DNA of 30,233 nt from an uncultured Candidatus Saccharibacteria bacterium (GCA_964426515.1 CAYRQO010000002.1:2873-33105); one strand, 5' to 3'. Numbered from the stretch's first letter, positions 18,663-27,411 are shown. The notes: generated from the sequence alone by a model not told the origin. Translations and numbers: made by a program.

Positions 18663-19583
18663 ATGGAAGCACAAACATGGTTAATAATACTTTTTGCGGT
18701 GGTGGTTGTAGGATTCTTAGTTGCTGATCTTGGATTTTTTAATAGAAAAAGTCATAAAATAGGATTCAGGCCGGCTCTATATCAGTCTTTGTTTTGGGTG
18801 AGCGCTTCTTTAATTTTCGGGCTTCTTATTTATTTATTTATTGGAAAAGAAACTGCTGTCGAGTTTTTAAGTGCCTATGTTACTGAAAAAATGTTATCAG
18901 TCGATAATCTTTTTGTCATCCTACTTATTTTTAGTTATTTTAAACTAGAAGAAAAATATCATCATAAAGCATTATTTTGGGGCATATTAGGAGCCATAGT
19001 CTTCCGTGGAATTTTTATCGGAGCAGGAGCTTATATTATTCACCAATTTTACTGGGTCTTGTATATATTTGGAGCAGTTTTACTTTATACTGGAATCAAA
19101 TTATTGCGAGATAAAAAAGAAGAACATGTTGATTTTAAAAATAGTAAAATACTAAAATTTGCTCACAAAATACTTCCTTTCACCAATACTCATCATGGTG
19201 GAAAATTCTTTTTTAGAGAAAATGGCAAGTTCTACTTTACATCATTATTCATGGTGGTTCTAATGGTGGAGGCGACGGATATTATTTTTGCTGTTGATTC
19301 CATACCCGCGGTCTTTGCCATTTCTCAAAATTTATTTGTGGTCTTCACTTCAAATATTTTTGCAATTATGGGATTACGAGCATTATTTTTCTTGATCGAA
19401 AATATTTTACATAAGTTTCATCATTTGCAGAAAGGTTTGGCTATCATCCTATTGTTTATTGGCCTAAAAATGCTATCGGGAATATTTGGATTACACATCT
19501 CATCCCTAATTTCATTCGGGGTTATAATGCTCGCTCTTGTGTCATCTATTATTTTATCAATTATATTTCCTAAAAAAATTTAA
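18663..19583 (+). CDS. TerC/Alx family integral membrane protein (putative metal/Mn exporter)
   Basis: EKMLSVDNLFV, LFWGILGAIVFRG, EATDIIFAVDSIPA, FTSNIFAIMGLRALFF; multiple hydrophobic helices. Confidence 0.92.
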   Translation: MEAQTWLIILFAVVVVGFLVADLGFFNRKSHKIGFRPALYQSLFWVSASLIFGLLIYLFIGKETAVEFLSAYVTEKMLSVDNLFVILLIFSYFKLEEKYHHKALFWGILGAIVFRGIFIGAGAYIIHQFYWVLYIFGAVLLYTGIKLLRDKKEEHVDFKNSKILKFAHKILPFTNTHHGGKFFFRENGKFYFTSLFMVVLMVEATDIIFAVDSIPAVFAISQNLFVVFTSNIFAIMGLRALFFLIENILHKFHHLQKGLAIILLFIGLKMLSGIFGLHISSLISFGVIMLALVSSIILSIIFPKKI

Positions 19584-19665
19584 AATTATTAAGTTATTAA
19601 TAATTAATTTTTTTATAATTAGATAATATATTGTACCGTATCCTATTTTTTATCAATTCCAAAAT

Positions 19666-19708
19666 ACCCAATAAAAGAGTAAGGTCTTGCCTTACTCTGT
19701 TATTGGGT
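19666..19708. repeat. Palindrome copy 2: long hairpin with TCTTG loop between convergent terC and eno; may also act as terminator
   Basis: ACCCAATAA-A-AGAGTAAGG/TCTTG/CCTTACTCT-G-TTATTGGGT; 18 of 19 positions paired. Confidence 0.75.
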
Positions 19709-19744
19709 TAAATTTTCACATAAAAAATCAGCAGTGTGTCAATT

Positions 19745-20992
19745 TTATATTTTTCCTTCAATTTCCATCAAACGATTGTATTTACAGACGCGTTCGCCAC
19801 GAACAAGTGAACCAGATTTGATAAGCTCACAATTAAGTCCGACCGCCAAGTCTGCAATAAATGTATCTGTCGTCTCCCCCGAGCGATGAGAAACAAAAGG
19901 CACCCAACCTTGCTGTTTGGTCATTTGTATTGCTTTGATGGTCTCGGTCACTGTGCCGATTTGATTTAATTTAATTAAAACCGAATTTACGGCTTTCATT
20001 TCAACCGCTTTCTCTATTCTTTTTATATTGGTCACAAGTAAATCATCCCCGACGATTTTAATTTTATCACCAAGAATATTTGTCAAAGATACAAAGCCCT
20101 GCCAATCATCTTCGGCTAAACCATCTTCAACCAACATAATCGGATATTTTTCAATAAGTTTTTGATACCAAGATATAAGCTCGCTTGAATTTAAATCTTT
20201 CACCTGCCCATCAATTTTTATTTTATAAATATCATTTTGATAAAAGCTCGAAGCTGCCACATCCATGCCAATTTTTACTTGATCTGTATCGTAACCTGCT
20301 TTTTTGATCGCTTCAACCATCAAATCCAAAGCTTCTTCATTTGATGAAAGTTTTGGAGCAAAACCTCCTTCGTCACCAACCCCAGTGCTATACCCTTTCT
20401 CATTTAAAATATTTTTCAAACTATGAATTATTTCAGCTCCGGCTTGAATTTTACGAGCAAATGATGGAAAAGCAATTGGTGCCAACATAAATTCTTGAAT
20501 ATCCAAACCACTATCGGCATGTTTGCCACCATTTATAATATTTAACATTGGTTGCGGTATATTATAAGTTGAATTGCCAACGATACCCGCCAAATATTCA
20601 TAAAGTTCAATATTATTTTTTAAAGCGCTGACCCGAGCAAAAGCCATCGAAACTCCCAAAATGGCATTGGCTCCAAGTTTTGATTTATTTTCTGTGTTAT
20701 CTAATTCTATTAAAAAATTATCCAATTCACTTTGATCAAATTCTTTATCAATTATATTATTAGCTATTTCAGTATTAATATTTTCTACAGCTTTTTGAAC
20801 CCCCAAACCATTGTAACGACTTTTATCTCCATCGCGTAATTCTAAAGCTTCATGCACTCCTGTACTAGCTCCTGATGGAACCATCGCTACCCCTACTAAA
20901 TCCCCTGTCATTAGTTTAACTTCCACTGTTGGATTACCGCGTGAATCTAGTATTTCTCTGGCTTTAACTGATGTGATTTTAATTTTTGTCAT
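19745..20992 (-). CDS. eno: Enolase
   Basis: REILDSRGNPTVEV, VPSGASTG, NIINGGKHA, GDEGGFAP, IVGDDL, IKLNQIGT, SHRSGET. Confidence 0.98.
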   Translation of the reverse strand: MTKIKITSVKAREILDSRGNPTVEVKLMTGDLVGVAMVPSGASTGVHEALELRDGDKSRYNGLGVQKAVENINTEIANNIIDKEFDQSELDNFLIELDNTENKSKLGANAILGVSMAFARVSALKNNIELYEYLAGIVGNSTYNIPQPMLNIINGGKHADSGLDIQEFMLAPIAFPSFARKIQAGAEIIHSLKNILNEKGYSTGVGDEGGFAPKLSSNEEALDLMVEAIKKAGYDTDQVKIGMDVAASSFYQNDIYKIKIDGQVKDLNSSELISWYQKLIEKYPIMLVEDGLAEDDWQGFVSLTNILGDKIKIVGDDLLVTNIKRIEKAVEMKAVNSVLIKLNQIGTVTETIKAIQMTKQQGWVPFVSHRSGETTDTFIADLAVGLNCELIKSGSLVRGERVCKYNRLMEIEGKI

Positions 20993-21028
20993 TTGTTTAA
21001 ATCATTAATAAGATTTCTAATATATATA

Positions 21029-21058
21029 ATAATACCAGAAAAAAGAAAATAAATACAA
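21029..21058 (-). promoter_or_regulatory. Probable eno promoter (TTGTAT-18-TATTAT with extended TG)
   Basis: Minus strand has TGG-TATTAT at 21037-21029 and TTGTAT at 21058-21053. Confidence 0.45.
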
Positions 21059-21065
21059 ATTTAAA

Positions 21066-21094
21066 CCTATAGTAAGGACCGTCCTTGCTATAGG
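21066..21094. repeat. Palindrome copy 3 (CCTATAG-T-AAGG/ACCGT/CCTT-G-CTATAGG)
   Basis: 12-bp stem including one G-U, with the AGG-N5-CCT core. Confidence 0.65.
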
Positions 21095-21095
21095 C

Positions 21096-21133
21096 AAAGA
21101 AAAAACCCTGGCTCTTTTTAAAGGAACCAGGGT
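21096..21133 (-). terminator. Intrinsic terminator on the minus strand upstream of the eno promoter
   Basis: Minus strand reads ACCCTGGTTC...GAGCCAGGGT followed by TTTTTCTTT. Confidence 0.75.
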
Positions 21134-21246
21134 CAAAATTACCAACTAACCATTCAAGCCGTCATACAAGTATTAACAAAAACAAAAAAATTAATGAAAA
21201 CTAAAGAAATAAACAATAGTTATACAAGATACTAATTAAAACCTCA
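21096..21246 (-). ncRNA. Candidate ~150-nt U-rich small RNA (unknown family)
   Basis: Bounded by a TTGACT-17-TATTAT promoter and an intrinsic terminator; no credible ORF; ends are approximate. Confidence 0.35.
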
Positions 21247-21251
21247 CTACA

Positions 21252-21280
21252 ATAATACAACTTCATACTATCTCAGTCAA
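21252..21280 (-). promoter_or_regulatory. sigma70-type promoter TTGACT-17-TATTAT
   Basis: -35 at 21280-21275, -10 at 21257-21252, spacer exactly 17 nt. Confidence 0.65.
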
Positions 21281-21291
21281 GATATTTTTAT

Positions 21292-21320
21292 TTGACAAAA
21301 GTCCTTAAACATATTATATT
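21292..21320 (+). promoter_or_regulatory. sigma70-type promoter TTGACA-17-TATATT for the orphan operon
   Basis: Consensus -35 at 21292-21297, -10 at 21315-21320. Confidence 0.7.
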
Positions 21321-21337
21321 AAAATCAAGAAAATTAG

Positions 21338-21346
21338 TTATCCACA
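21338..21346 (+). promoter_or_regulatory. Perfect DnaA-box consensus TTATCCACA in the operon leader
   Basis: Exact 9-mer match just downstream of the -10 box. Confidence 0.45.
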
Positions 21347-21361
21347 AATAAATAAAAAGCC

Positions 21362-21706
21362 ATGGAAACAAAACAATTCACCAAATTTGAGGAGTTAAAA
21401 ATCAATGAAGACTTTGATGCTGAAATTATCCGATGGAGAAAAGTACTATTAAAAAATTTAGTACAACTTGGAGTCAAAATTTCTGAAAACGATTTTGAAA
21501 AACGAACCATTGTAATCAAAACAAATGGAGAACAACATGTAAACCGTCTTACTGTTCAATGGATCAGCAGAACTACATTGGATTATTTTGTTGAAATTTT
21601 CTCAGCCAGCGATGATTCATGGAACATTGCCCAAAATCAAAGATCAATAACAACAAATACGTGGAATGAAAAATTCATTGGAATCACAGAATTACTAAAT
21701 AGCTAA
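21362..21706 (+). CDS. Hypothetical protein, orphan A (114 aa)
   Basis: First ORF after the promoter; full-length similarity by eye to the next ORF. Confidence 0.8.
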   Translation: METKQFTKFEELKINEDFDAEIIRWRKVLLKNLVQLGVKISENDFEKRTIVIKTNGEQHVNRLTVQWISRTTLDYFVEIFSASDDSWNIAQNQRSITTNTWNEKFIGITELLNS

Positions 21707-21707
21707 A

Positions 21708-22064
21708 ATGAAACCAAAACCATTTCCCTTAATCAGAAACGATGACATTAATTTTTCTAGTGACATTATAATGTTCACTGAAATTTTAATATATAATCTA
21801 ACAGTCAAAGGAATTCGGATCATTGATTTAAAATCTACTTCTAATTTAAACGACTTAAATTATTATTGTATCTATATTAAAATATTATACGGTCCAATAA
21901 TCAAAAAATTATCTGTAGTATTTAATAAAGGGTCTAAAAAAATTTGTTCAATGATTTTTGATGTGATCGGAAGCAATAATCATAAAAAATTTATTGTCGA
22001 ATCAATTGCGACAAAAAAATTTAATTCTACTTTTGGTTTAATTGTAAAAAATCTAAATTTCTAA
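21708..22064 (+). CDS. Hypothetical protein, orphan B (118 aa), probable paralog of orphan A
   Basis: 1-nt gap after orphan A; collinear similarity to orphan A. Confidence 0.78.
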   Translation: MKPKPFPLIRNDDINFSSDIIMFTEILIYNLTVKGIRIIDLKSTSNLNDLNYYCIYIKILYGPIIKKLSVVFNKGSKKICSMIFDVIGSNNHKKFIVESIATKKFNSTFGLIVKNLNF

Positions 22065-22081
22065 CCTCAACCCTCAAACAA

Positions 22082-22219
22082 ATGAGAAACCGTACACAAA
22101 GAAATTTTATTATCACAAAGGGCGGATATAAATGTCGCACTTTACCTAAGAAAGAATCTGAACCTGCTCCCCCACCAAAAGGTGATGAAATAAGACCCAA
22201 ACAACCAACCAAACACTAA
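22082..22219 (+). CDS. Small basic, proline-rich hypothetical protein (45 aa; not in the ORF track)
   Basis: MRNRTQRNFIITKGGYKCRTLPKKESEPAPPPKGDEIRPKQPTKH*; fills the gap between orphans B and D with 17- and 11-nt spacers. Confidence 0.55.
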   Translation: MRNRTQRNFIITKGGYKCRTLPKKESEPAPPPKGDEIRPKQPTKH

Positions 22220-22230
22220 CCGACAGAAAA

Positions 22231-22539
22231 ATGAAAAAAGAAACTGCATCACTCAGTAATCTGGAAAAAATGGAGAAAGAGATTTCCTCCTTTATGTGGT
22301 GGTTCATAGATAGAATCATCAGAATTCCATTAAGAGAAGATAGAGAAAAATTGAAGCATCTACTTCGAAATTCCAATTCCGAAGAATACACAAAAATTAA
22401 GTTAAATGTTACAAAAAATATCCCTGATTATGTTTACATTTATACTTATACCCATCAATCATTTGGGATTCCTGTCAACATCGAAGAAAAGTGGATAACT
22501 CCGGACATGTTAATGGCTGAAATGGTAAAACATTTCTAA
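22231..22539 (+). CDS. Hypothetical protein, orphan D (102 aa)
   Basis: Last ORF before the terminator; no recognised motif. Confidence 0.72.
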   Translation: MKKETASLSNLEKMEKEISSFMWWFIDRIIRIPLREDREKLKHLLRNSNSEEYTKIKLNVTKNIPDYVYIYTYTHQSFGIPVNIEEKWITPDMLMAEMVKHF

Positions 22540-22562
22540 TGTCACGACCAATTAAAACAATC

Positions 22563-22589
22563 AAGACCTGCTTTCGCGGGTCTTTTTTT
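22563..22589 (+). terminator. Intrinsic terminator of the orphan operon, abutting the murF stop
   Basis: AAGACCTGC-TTTC-GCGGGTCTT then T run. Confidence 0.8.
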
Positions 22590-23889
22590 ATCGATTTCGC
22601 CACTCTTTGTCCTGACGGCAGAGGAGCTTAGATTTGAGCTCTTTATGCTCCATAATGGCCTCTACAGCCCTTTCTAGGCGTACACCTTGTGAACCTTTGA
22701 TTAAGATTATATCCCCTTTTTCAACGATACCTTCTAAGAATTTAGCAACGGTTTTTGATGAGTCAAAAGTATAAATTTCTTTTTGCGAGAAACCTTTATC
22801 GATCGCTCCTTCGGCAATCGATTTAGCTCTTGGCCCAACAACCACCAGTATATTAGCGACACCTGTAATTTGAGCTCCTACCAAGCGGTGTTCCTCTTCG
22901 GTAAATTTTCCAAGCTCAAGCATATCACCCAAAACAGCAATTTTTCTTTTTCCTTCTAATTCTTTCAAAACATCAATAGCCACTGCCATTGCCACAGGCG
23001 AAGAATTATATGTATCATCAATAATGATTGAATTATTAATTCCTTCAATGAGTGACAACCGGCCGGGTGGATTAATATATTCACTGATGGACTTGATTGA
23101 TTCAAGTAAATCACAACCAAGTTCTTTCGCACAAGCAATAGCCGAAGTCGCTTGGCCAATATTATGAACTCCTAAAATTTTTGGCAACATCACCGGGAAA
23201 GTATTGCCCTCATATTCTAATTTAAAATTTAAACCATCTGGAATTTTTATTCCATTTTTCGTTGTGTATAAATAAGTTGGATAAATACTATGATAAGTAG
23301 CATTTTCATGTTGACCAAAGGAAACGGTTTTGTGTTTAAATTTTTGATGAAGCGAATAAACTTTTTCATCATCATGATTTAAAATTAAAATACCATTTTT
23401 TTTCAAAGAATAAATTAAAGCACTTTTTTCTTCAATTATTTTTTCAACTGAACCAAAAAATTCAACGTGAACTGGCTTGTCGGGGAAACGAGTAATAATC
23501 ACGACATCGGTTTTTAGCCATGGAATAACATTTTTTTTAATATCACCAGGCTTACCAACTCCAACTTCTAAAATTAGATATTCTGGATATGGTTTTTTAA
23601 ATAAAATTAACAATAATCCCTTAATAATATTCTCCGTCCAAACAAATGGATCATTCCAACCATTCTGTTGACCTAAAATAGTTAAGGGTAAACCAATCTC
23701 ACTATTAAAACTTTTTTGACTTTTTCGGACAGTTTTAAATTTAGACAAAACAGTAAAAAGAGCATCTTTAGTTGAAGTTTTACCGACTGAGCCCGTAATA
23801 GCAATTATTTTCGGTTTATATTTAGCCAAAACAATCTTGGCTTGCCAAGTTATAATTTTCACTACAATTTTTTTGAATATTTTTTTCAT
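22588..23889 (-). CDS. murF: UDP-N-acetylmuramoyl-tripeptide--D-Ala-D-Ala ligase
   Basis: P-loop ITGSVGKTSTKD, LEVG, GRL, IIDDTYNSSP, VLGDMLELG, IKGSQ. Confidence 0.92.
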   Translation of the reverse strand: MKKIFKKIVVKIITWQAKIVLAKYKPKIIAITGSVGKTSTKDALFTVLSKFKTVRKSQKSFNSEIGLPLTILGQQNGWNDPFVWTENIIKGLLLILFKKPYPEYLILEVGVGKPGDIKKNVIPWLKTDVVIITRFPDKPVHVEFFGSVEKIIEEKSALIYSLKKNGILILNHDDEKVYSLHQKFKHKTVSFGQHENATYHSIYPTYLYTTKNGIKIPDGLNFKLEYEGNTFPVMLPKILGVHNIGQATSAIACAKELGCDLLESIKSISEYINPPGRLSLIEGINNSIIIDDTYNSSPVAMAVAIDVLKELEGKRKIAVLGDMLELGKFTEEEHRLVGAQITGVANILVVVGPRAKSIAEGAIDKGFSQKEIYTFDSSKTVAKFLEGIVEKGDIILIKGSQGVRLERAVEAIMEHKELKSKLLCRQDKEWRNR

Positions 23890-23915
23890 ATTTTATACTA
23901 CTTTCTACTTACCCA

Positions 23916-25622
23916 TTATCTATCTGGCGGAACATTATAATAGTTTATAATAAATTTACTAATATTTACAAACGGTGGAATTAAGGTCTGAGAAGCATAT
24001 TTAATTTCTTTTGGATTTTCGAGGAAAAGAAAAACTAAAAACTTAGGATCATATGCCGGGAAATAACCAAAGAATGAGTGCATATGACGATCTGTATAAT
24101 ACCCTTTTCCGCTTTCAAGAGCCACTTGTGCCGTTCCAGTTTTTGTGGCCACACTATGATTAGTCATTTTATGAGCGCCACTGTCATATGATTCAAAAAC
24201 ATGGATAAGCATTTTGGTCACAGTATCGGTTGTCTCTTTTTTTAAAATGTTTTCCTTCAAAATTGGATATTCCAGAGTTTTTGATAAACCATTATCATAA
24301 TTTATTTTTTTAGCTAAATGAGGAGTTACCATTTTACCACCATTGGCAATAATTGAAAAAGCTCGAATGGCCTCAATGGGGGTTAAGGCAATCCCTTGGC
24401 CAAAGGCCGCATTGGCATATTCAATATTTCGAGGACTATCTAAATTTTTAATTAGGCCACTTGTCTCATTTGGTAAATCAATACCAGTTTTTTCACCTAA
24501 GCCATAAGATTTCATATAAGATCGAAACTTATCATGACCTAATTTATTTTCAGCATAAACCATACCGGTATTGAGTGACTGATCAAGAACATCTTGCATT
24601 GTGACAACCCCCCGGCCCTTTTTATCAAAATTGTTAATAGTTTTTTTATCCACAACCACAAAACCATTATCGGTATATTTTGTTTCTGGCGTCACCACAC
24701 CAGCGTCAATTGCTCCGGCCATGACAAGTGGTTTGATAACTGAACCGAATTCAAAAACATTTTCAACGAGCGGATTGCGATAAACACCGACATCACTGAC
24801 TCCTTTAAAATTATTTAAATCAAAATCTGGCAATCCAGCTATGGCATAAATTTCTCCAGTTTGTGGATTGATTATTATACCACCAGCTTGATCAGCTTTC
24901 CATTTAGAAAGAGCTGTGGCTAATTCTTGCTCTAAGGTATATTGAGCCATTGGTTCAATCGTCGTCACAATTTCACCGGTGCTAGTATTTGAAAAAGTAT
25001 CACTAATATTTGAAAAAACTTCCGCAAAAAAATTTACATATGCTTCATCTTTTGGTTTTGATAAAGTGCTATTGTAATATCGTTCAAGCCCATATTGACC
25101 AACTAAATCATCCCCCTTATAAGCCAAAAAGCCAAGAGTATGTGAAGCTAAATTACCTCCTGGATAATAACGCCAATTATCTTTAAAAATTGAAAGACCT
25201 TTTAATTTTAAATTTTCGATCTCGGTAACTTGTTCTTTATTTAAGCCCGTGGCAATTTCTTCATACGGATCAGTCGTTTTAGAAACCTTACTTAAAAATG
25301 TCGCTTCGTCCATTTCCAAATATGGATCGAGTTTTAAATATACTTCTTCCGGATCAACAATGTTTTTCGGAATCATGGCTAATTTAAAACCAGAAGTCAC
25401 CGTTCCAGCTGTAACTAATGAACCATCTTTTTTGGAAAAGAATATTGAGCCACGATTAAAAATATTACCCGAAGGGGTAACATATTGTCTATCCGCTTTT
25501 TCCGCATATGAATTTTTGTGAATAACCTGAACAAAAAAAAGTCTAAATAATAAAACAATCGCCACTAAGAAAATGCAAACTATCACAATTCTTATTCTTA
25601 GTTGAAACGATGAGATTTTCAT
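23916..25622 (-). CDS. Class B penicillin-binding protein (FtsI-like by position)
   Basis: N-terminal TM, RGSIF, GQYGLERYY, SxxK (GSVIK), SxN (QSLN), KTGTAQ. Confidence 0.9.
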   Translation of the reverse strand: MKISSFQLRIRIVIVCIFLVAIVLLFRLFFVQVIHKNSYAEKADRQYVTPSGNIFNRGSIFFSKKDGSLVTAGTVTSGFKLAMIPKNIVDPEEVYLKLDPYLEMDEATFLSKVSKTTDPYEEIATGLNKEQVTEIENLKLKGLSIFKDNWRYYPGGNLASHTLGFLAYKGDDLVGQYGLERYYNSTLSKPKDEAYVNFFAEVFSNISDTFSNTSTGEIVTTIEPMAQYTLEQELATALSKWKADQAGGIIINPQTGEIYAIAGLPDFDLNNFKGVSDVGVYRNPLVENVFEFGSVIKPLVMAGAIDAGVVTPETKYTDNGFVVVDKKTINNFDKKGRGVVTMQDVLDQSLNTGMVYAENKLGHDKFRSYMKSYGLGEKTGIDLPNETSGLIKNLDSPRNIEYANAAFGQGIALTPIEAIRAFSIIANGGKMVTPHLAKKINYDNGLSKTLEYPILKENILKKETTDTVTKMLIHVFESYDSGAHKMTNHSVATKTGTAQVALESGKGYYTDRHMHSFFGYFPAYDPKFLVFLFLENPKEIKYASQTLIPPFVNISKFIINYYNVPPDR

Positions 25623-25945
25623 TAGCGAATAGCAACATGATTAATATTTCGTGAAGCAAAAATATTTTGATGAGTATCGACAAAACCTTGAGATTTAGCA
25701 TATTCTTTATCAATTCCCGAAACAGTCTTTAAATATGATAATTCCAATTGATTAACTTCGCTTTTAAGCGCAATAGCTGTGTTATCAAGCGATTTACGAG
25801 CAATAACGTTGAAAGTGATGGAGCCAATTAAATAAATATATATGCCAAACAACAAAACAGAACCGCTAATTAATATTCGAAATAATATTTTTTGGGTATT
25901 AATATTTTCGACGATATCGTTTGTTATTGCTTTGGCTCTGGTCAT
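25622..25945 (-). CDS. Bitopic membrane protein, FtsL-like by position and architecture
   Basis: Lies between rsmH and the PBP; single hydrophobic helix, heptad-like segment, AKSQGF motif. Confidence 0.6.
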   Translation of the reverse strand: MTRAKAITNDIVENINTQKILFRILISGSVLLFGIYIYLIGSITFNVIARKSLDNTAIALKSEVNQLELSYLKTVSGIDKEYAKSQGFVDTHQNIFASRNINHVAIR

Positions 25946-25964
25946 AATATTTTTCTAATGTTAA

Positions 25965-26858
25965 TTATAATTTTTCTAATAATCTTAATTTTGAACTACG
26001 TGAACGTGGATTTAATTTAACTTCTTCTTCGCTTGGCCCTATTGGTTTTTTTGTAATAATTTTCGCTTGGCCACTTTCTTTTAATTGGACGTAAGCCTGT
26101 TTGACGATTCGATCCTCTAAACTATGGAAACTAATTATCGACATTCGTCCTCCAACTCTTAGTCGATTGAAACCTTTTTGTATTACTTGTTCTAAATTTG
26201 ACAATTCACTGTTGGTGGCAATGCGCAAAGCTTGAAATGTTTTTGTTGCAGGATTTATTTTTTTACCTTTGTAGAATTTTCCAATTGCTTGATCAATAAT
26301 ACCGACTAATTCAAACGTTGTTTTTATTTCTTTCTCTAACCTTGCTTCTACAATTGCTTTGGCAATTTTTCTAGAATGTCTTTCTTCTCCGAAACCATAA
26401 ATAATATCTGCTATCGTTCCTTCTTCCCAAGTGTTGACGATGTCATAAGCGGTAATGTCGTTGTCATCGAGAGATTTTTTCATCGTCATTAGAAGTGGCT
26501 CATCTTTTAAAAAAGTAAATCCCCTATCGCCTTCTTCTAATTGGAATGAACTAATCCCTAAATCAAGCAATATTCCATCAACTTTTTCAATACTTAATTC
26601 ATCGAGGGCTTTATCAATATCTTGGAATCCAATATTTTTATAAATTACATCTCCATCTGTTTTGTCGATTAAATTCTTGGCTCTTGCAATTGCATCAGAA
26701 TCTAAATCAAAACAAATTATTTTTACCTTATTCCCAAAGCGACGAATTATTTCAAGCGTATGACCTCCGGCTCCGAGAGTCCCATCAACAATGACATCAC
26801 CTGACTCGATATTTAATCCGTCAATTGATTCATTTAGTAATACAGGGTTATGTTTCAT
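25965..26858 (-). CDS. rsmH: 16S rRNA m4C1402 methyltransferase
   Basis: HNPVLL, DGTLGAGGH, LLDLGISSFQL, RGFTF, PLLMTM, TKTFQALRI, ISFHSLEDR, NPRSRSSKLR; start set at 26858. Confidence 0.97.
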   Translation of the reverse strand: MKHNPVLLNESIDGLNIESGDVIVDGTLGAGGHTLEIIRRFGNKVKIICFDLDSDAIARAKNLIDKTDGDVIYKNIGFQDIDKALDELSIEKVDGILLDLGISSFQLEEGDRGFTFLKDEPLLMTMKKSLDDNDITAYDIVNTWEEGTIADIIYGFGEERHSRKIAKAIVEARLEKEIKTTFELVGIIDQAIGKFYKGKKINPATKTFQALRIATNSELSNLEQVIQKGFNRLRVGGRMSIISFHSLEDRIVKQAYVQLKESGQAKIITKKPIGPSEEEVKLNPRSRSSKLRLLEKL

Positions 26859-26859
26859 A

Positions 26860-27294
26860 TTAAAGAACACCTATTTGCCCTAATTTATCTGCCAAGGCAT
26901 CAGCCTGCTTCTCAACAACTTTTTTATAATCGTTCCAAGCTTTTTCATTCCAGATCTCGGCTCGGTTTTGAACACCAATAACCACAACCTTAGAAATTAG
27001 GCCTGATCGATTTTTTAAATTTTCCGGGATTAATATTCGGCCATTGGTGTCGACATCGACGATGACGGCTTGACCAAACATAAATCTCGAGAAACTTCTA
27101 TTATCAGATGCGAGCATCGAGGAATCAGATAATTTTTCTGAAATTTTTTGCCACTCACGAGTGGTAAAAATGGAAAGACAATTATCAAGTCCAGGTGCTA
27201 CAACAACACTCTTGCCCATCTCCTTTCGGAACTTAACGGGTAATGACATTCTATTCTTGTCGTCTAGTGTATGTGTGTATTCGCCGATTAGCAT
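26860..27294 (-). CDS. mraZ: Transcriptional regulator MraZ
   Basis: MLIGEYTHTLDDKNRMSLP, DTNGRILIP, VIGVQNRAEIW; true start 27294 (144 aa), track ORF is over-extended. Confidence 0.96.
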   Translation of the reverse strand: MLIGEYTHTLDDKNRMSLPVKFRKEMGKSVVVAPGLDNCLSIFTTREWQKISEKLSDSSMLASDNRSFSRFMFGQAVIVDVDTNGRILIPENLKNRSGLISKVVVIGVQNRAEIWNEKAWNDYKKVVEKQADALADKLGQIGVL

Positions 27295-27337
27295 AATAAT
27301 ATTGTGGAATAAAGTTATTATTGCAAAATTTTTGCTT

Positions 27338-27404
27338 TCCCACTGTATCCCACTTGCTTTAATTATACACCACTTTATCCCACAAAACAAACAACCTCTC
27401 CCAC
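27338..27404 (-). promoter_or_regulatory. mraZ promoter with GTGG(G) direct repeats (MraZ boxes)
   Basis: CCAC on the plus strand at 27340, 27350, 27370, 27380 and 27401; the missing repeat slot holds the minus-strand TATAAT (27367-27362); TTGTTT -35 at 27390-27385. Confidence 0.75.
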
Positions 27405-27411
27405 CCAAAAC

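Noticed and set aside
21154-21216. 20-codon hydrophobic minus-strand frame from TTG (MFISLVFINFFVFVNTCMTA) as a type I toxin
   Set aside because: U-rich sequence translates hydrophobic by default; the start codon is weak and there is no properly spaced SD. It is not excluded entirely.
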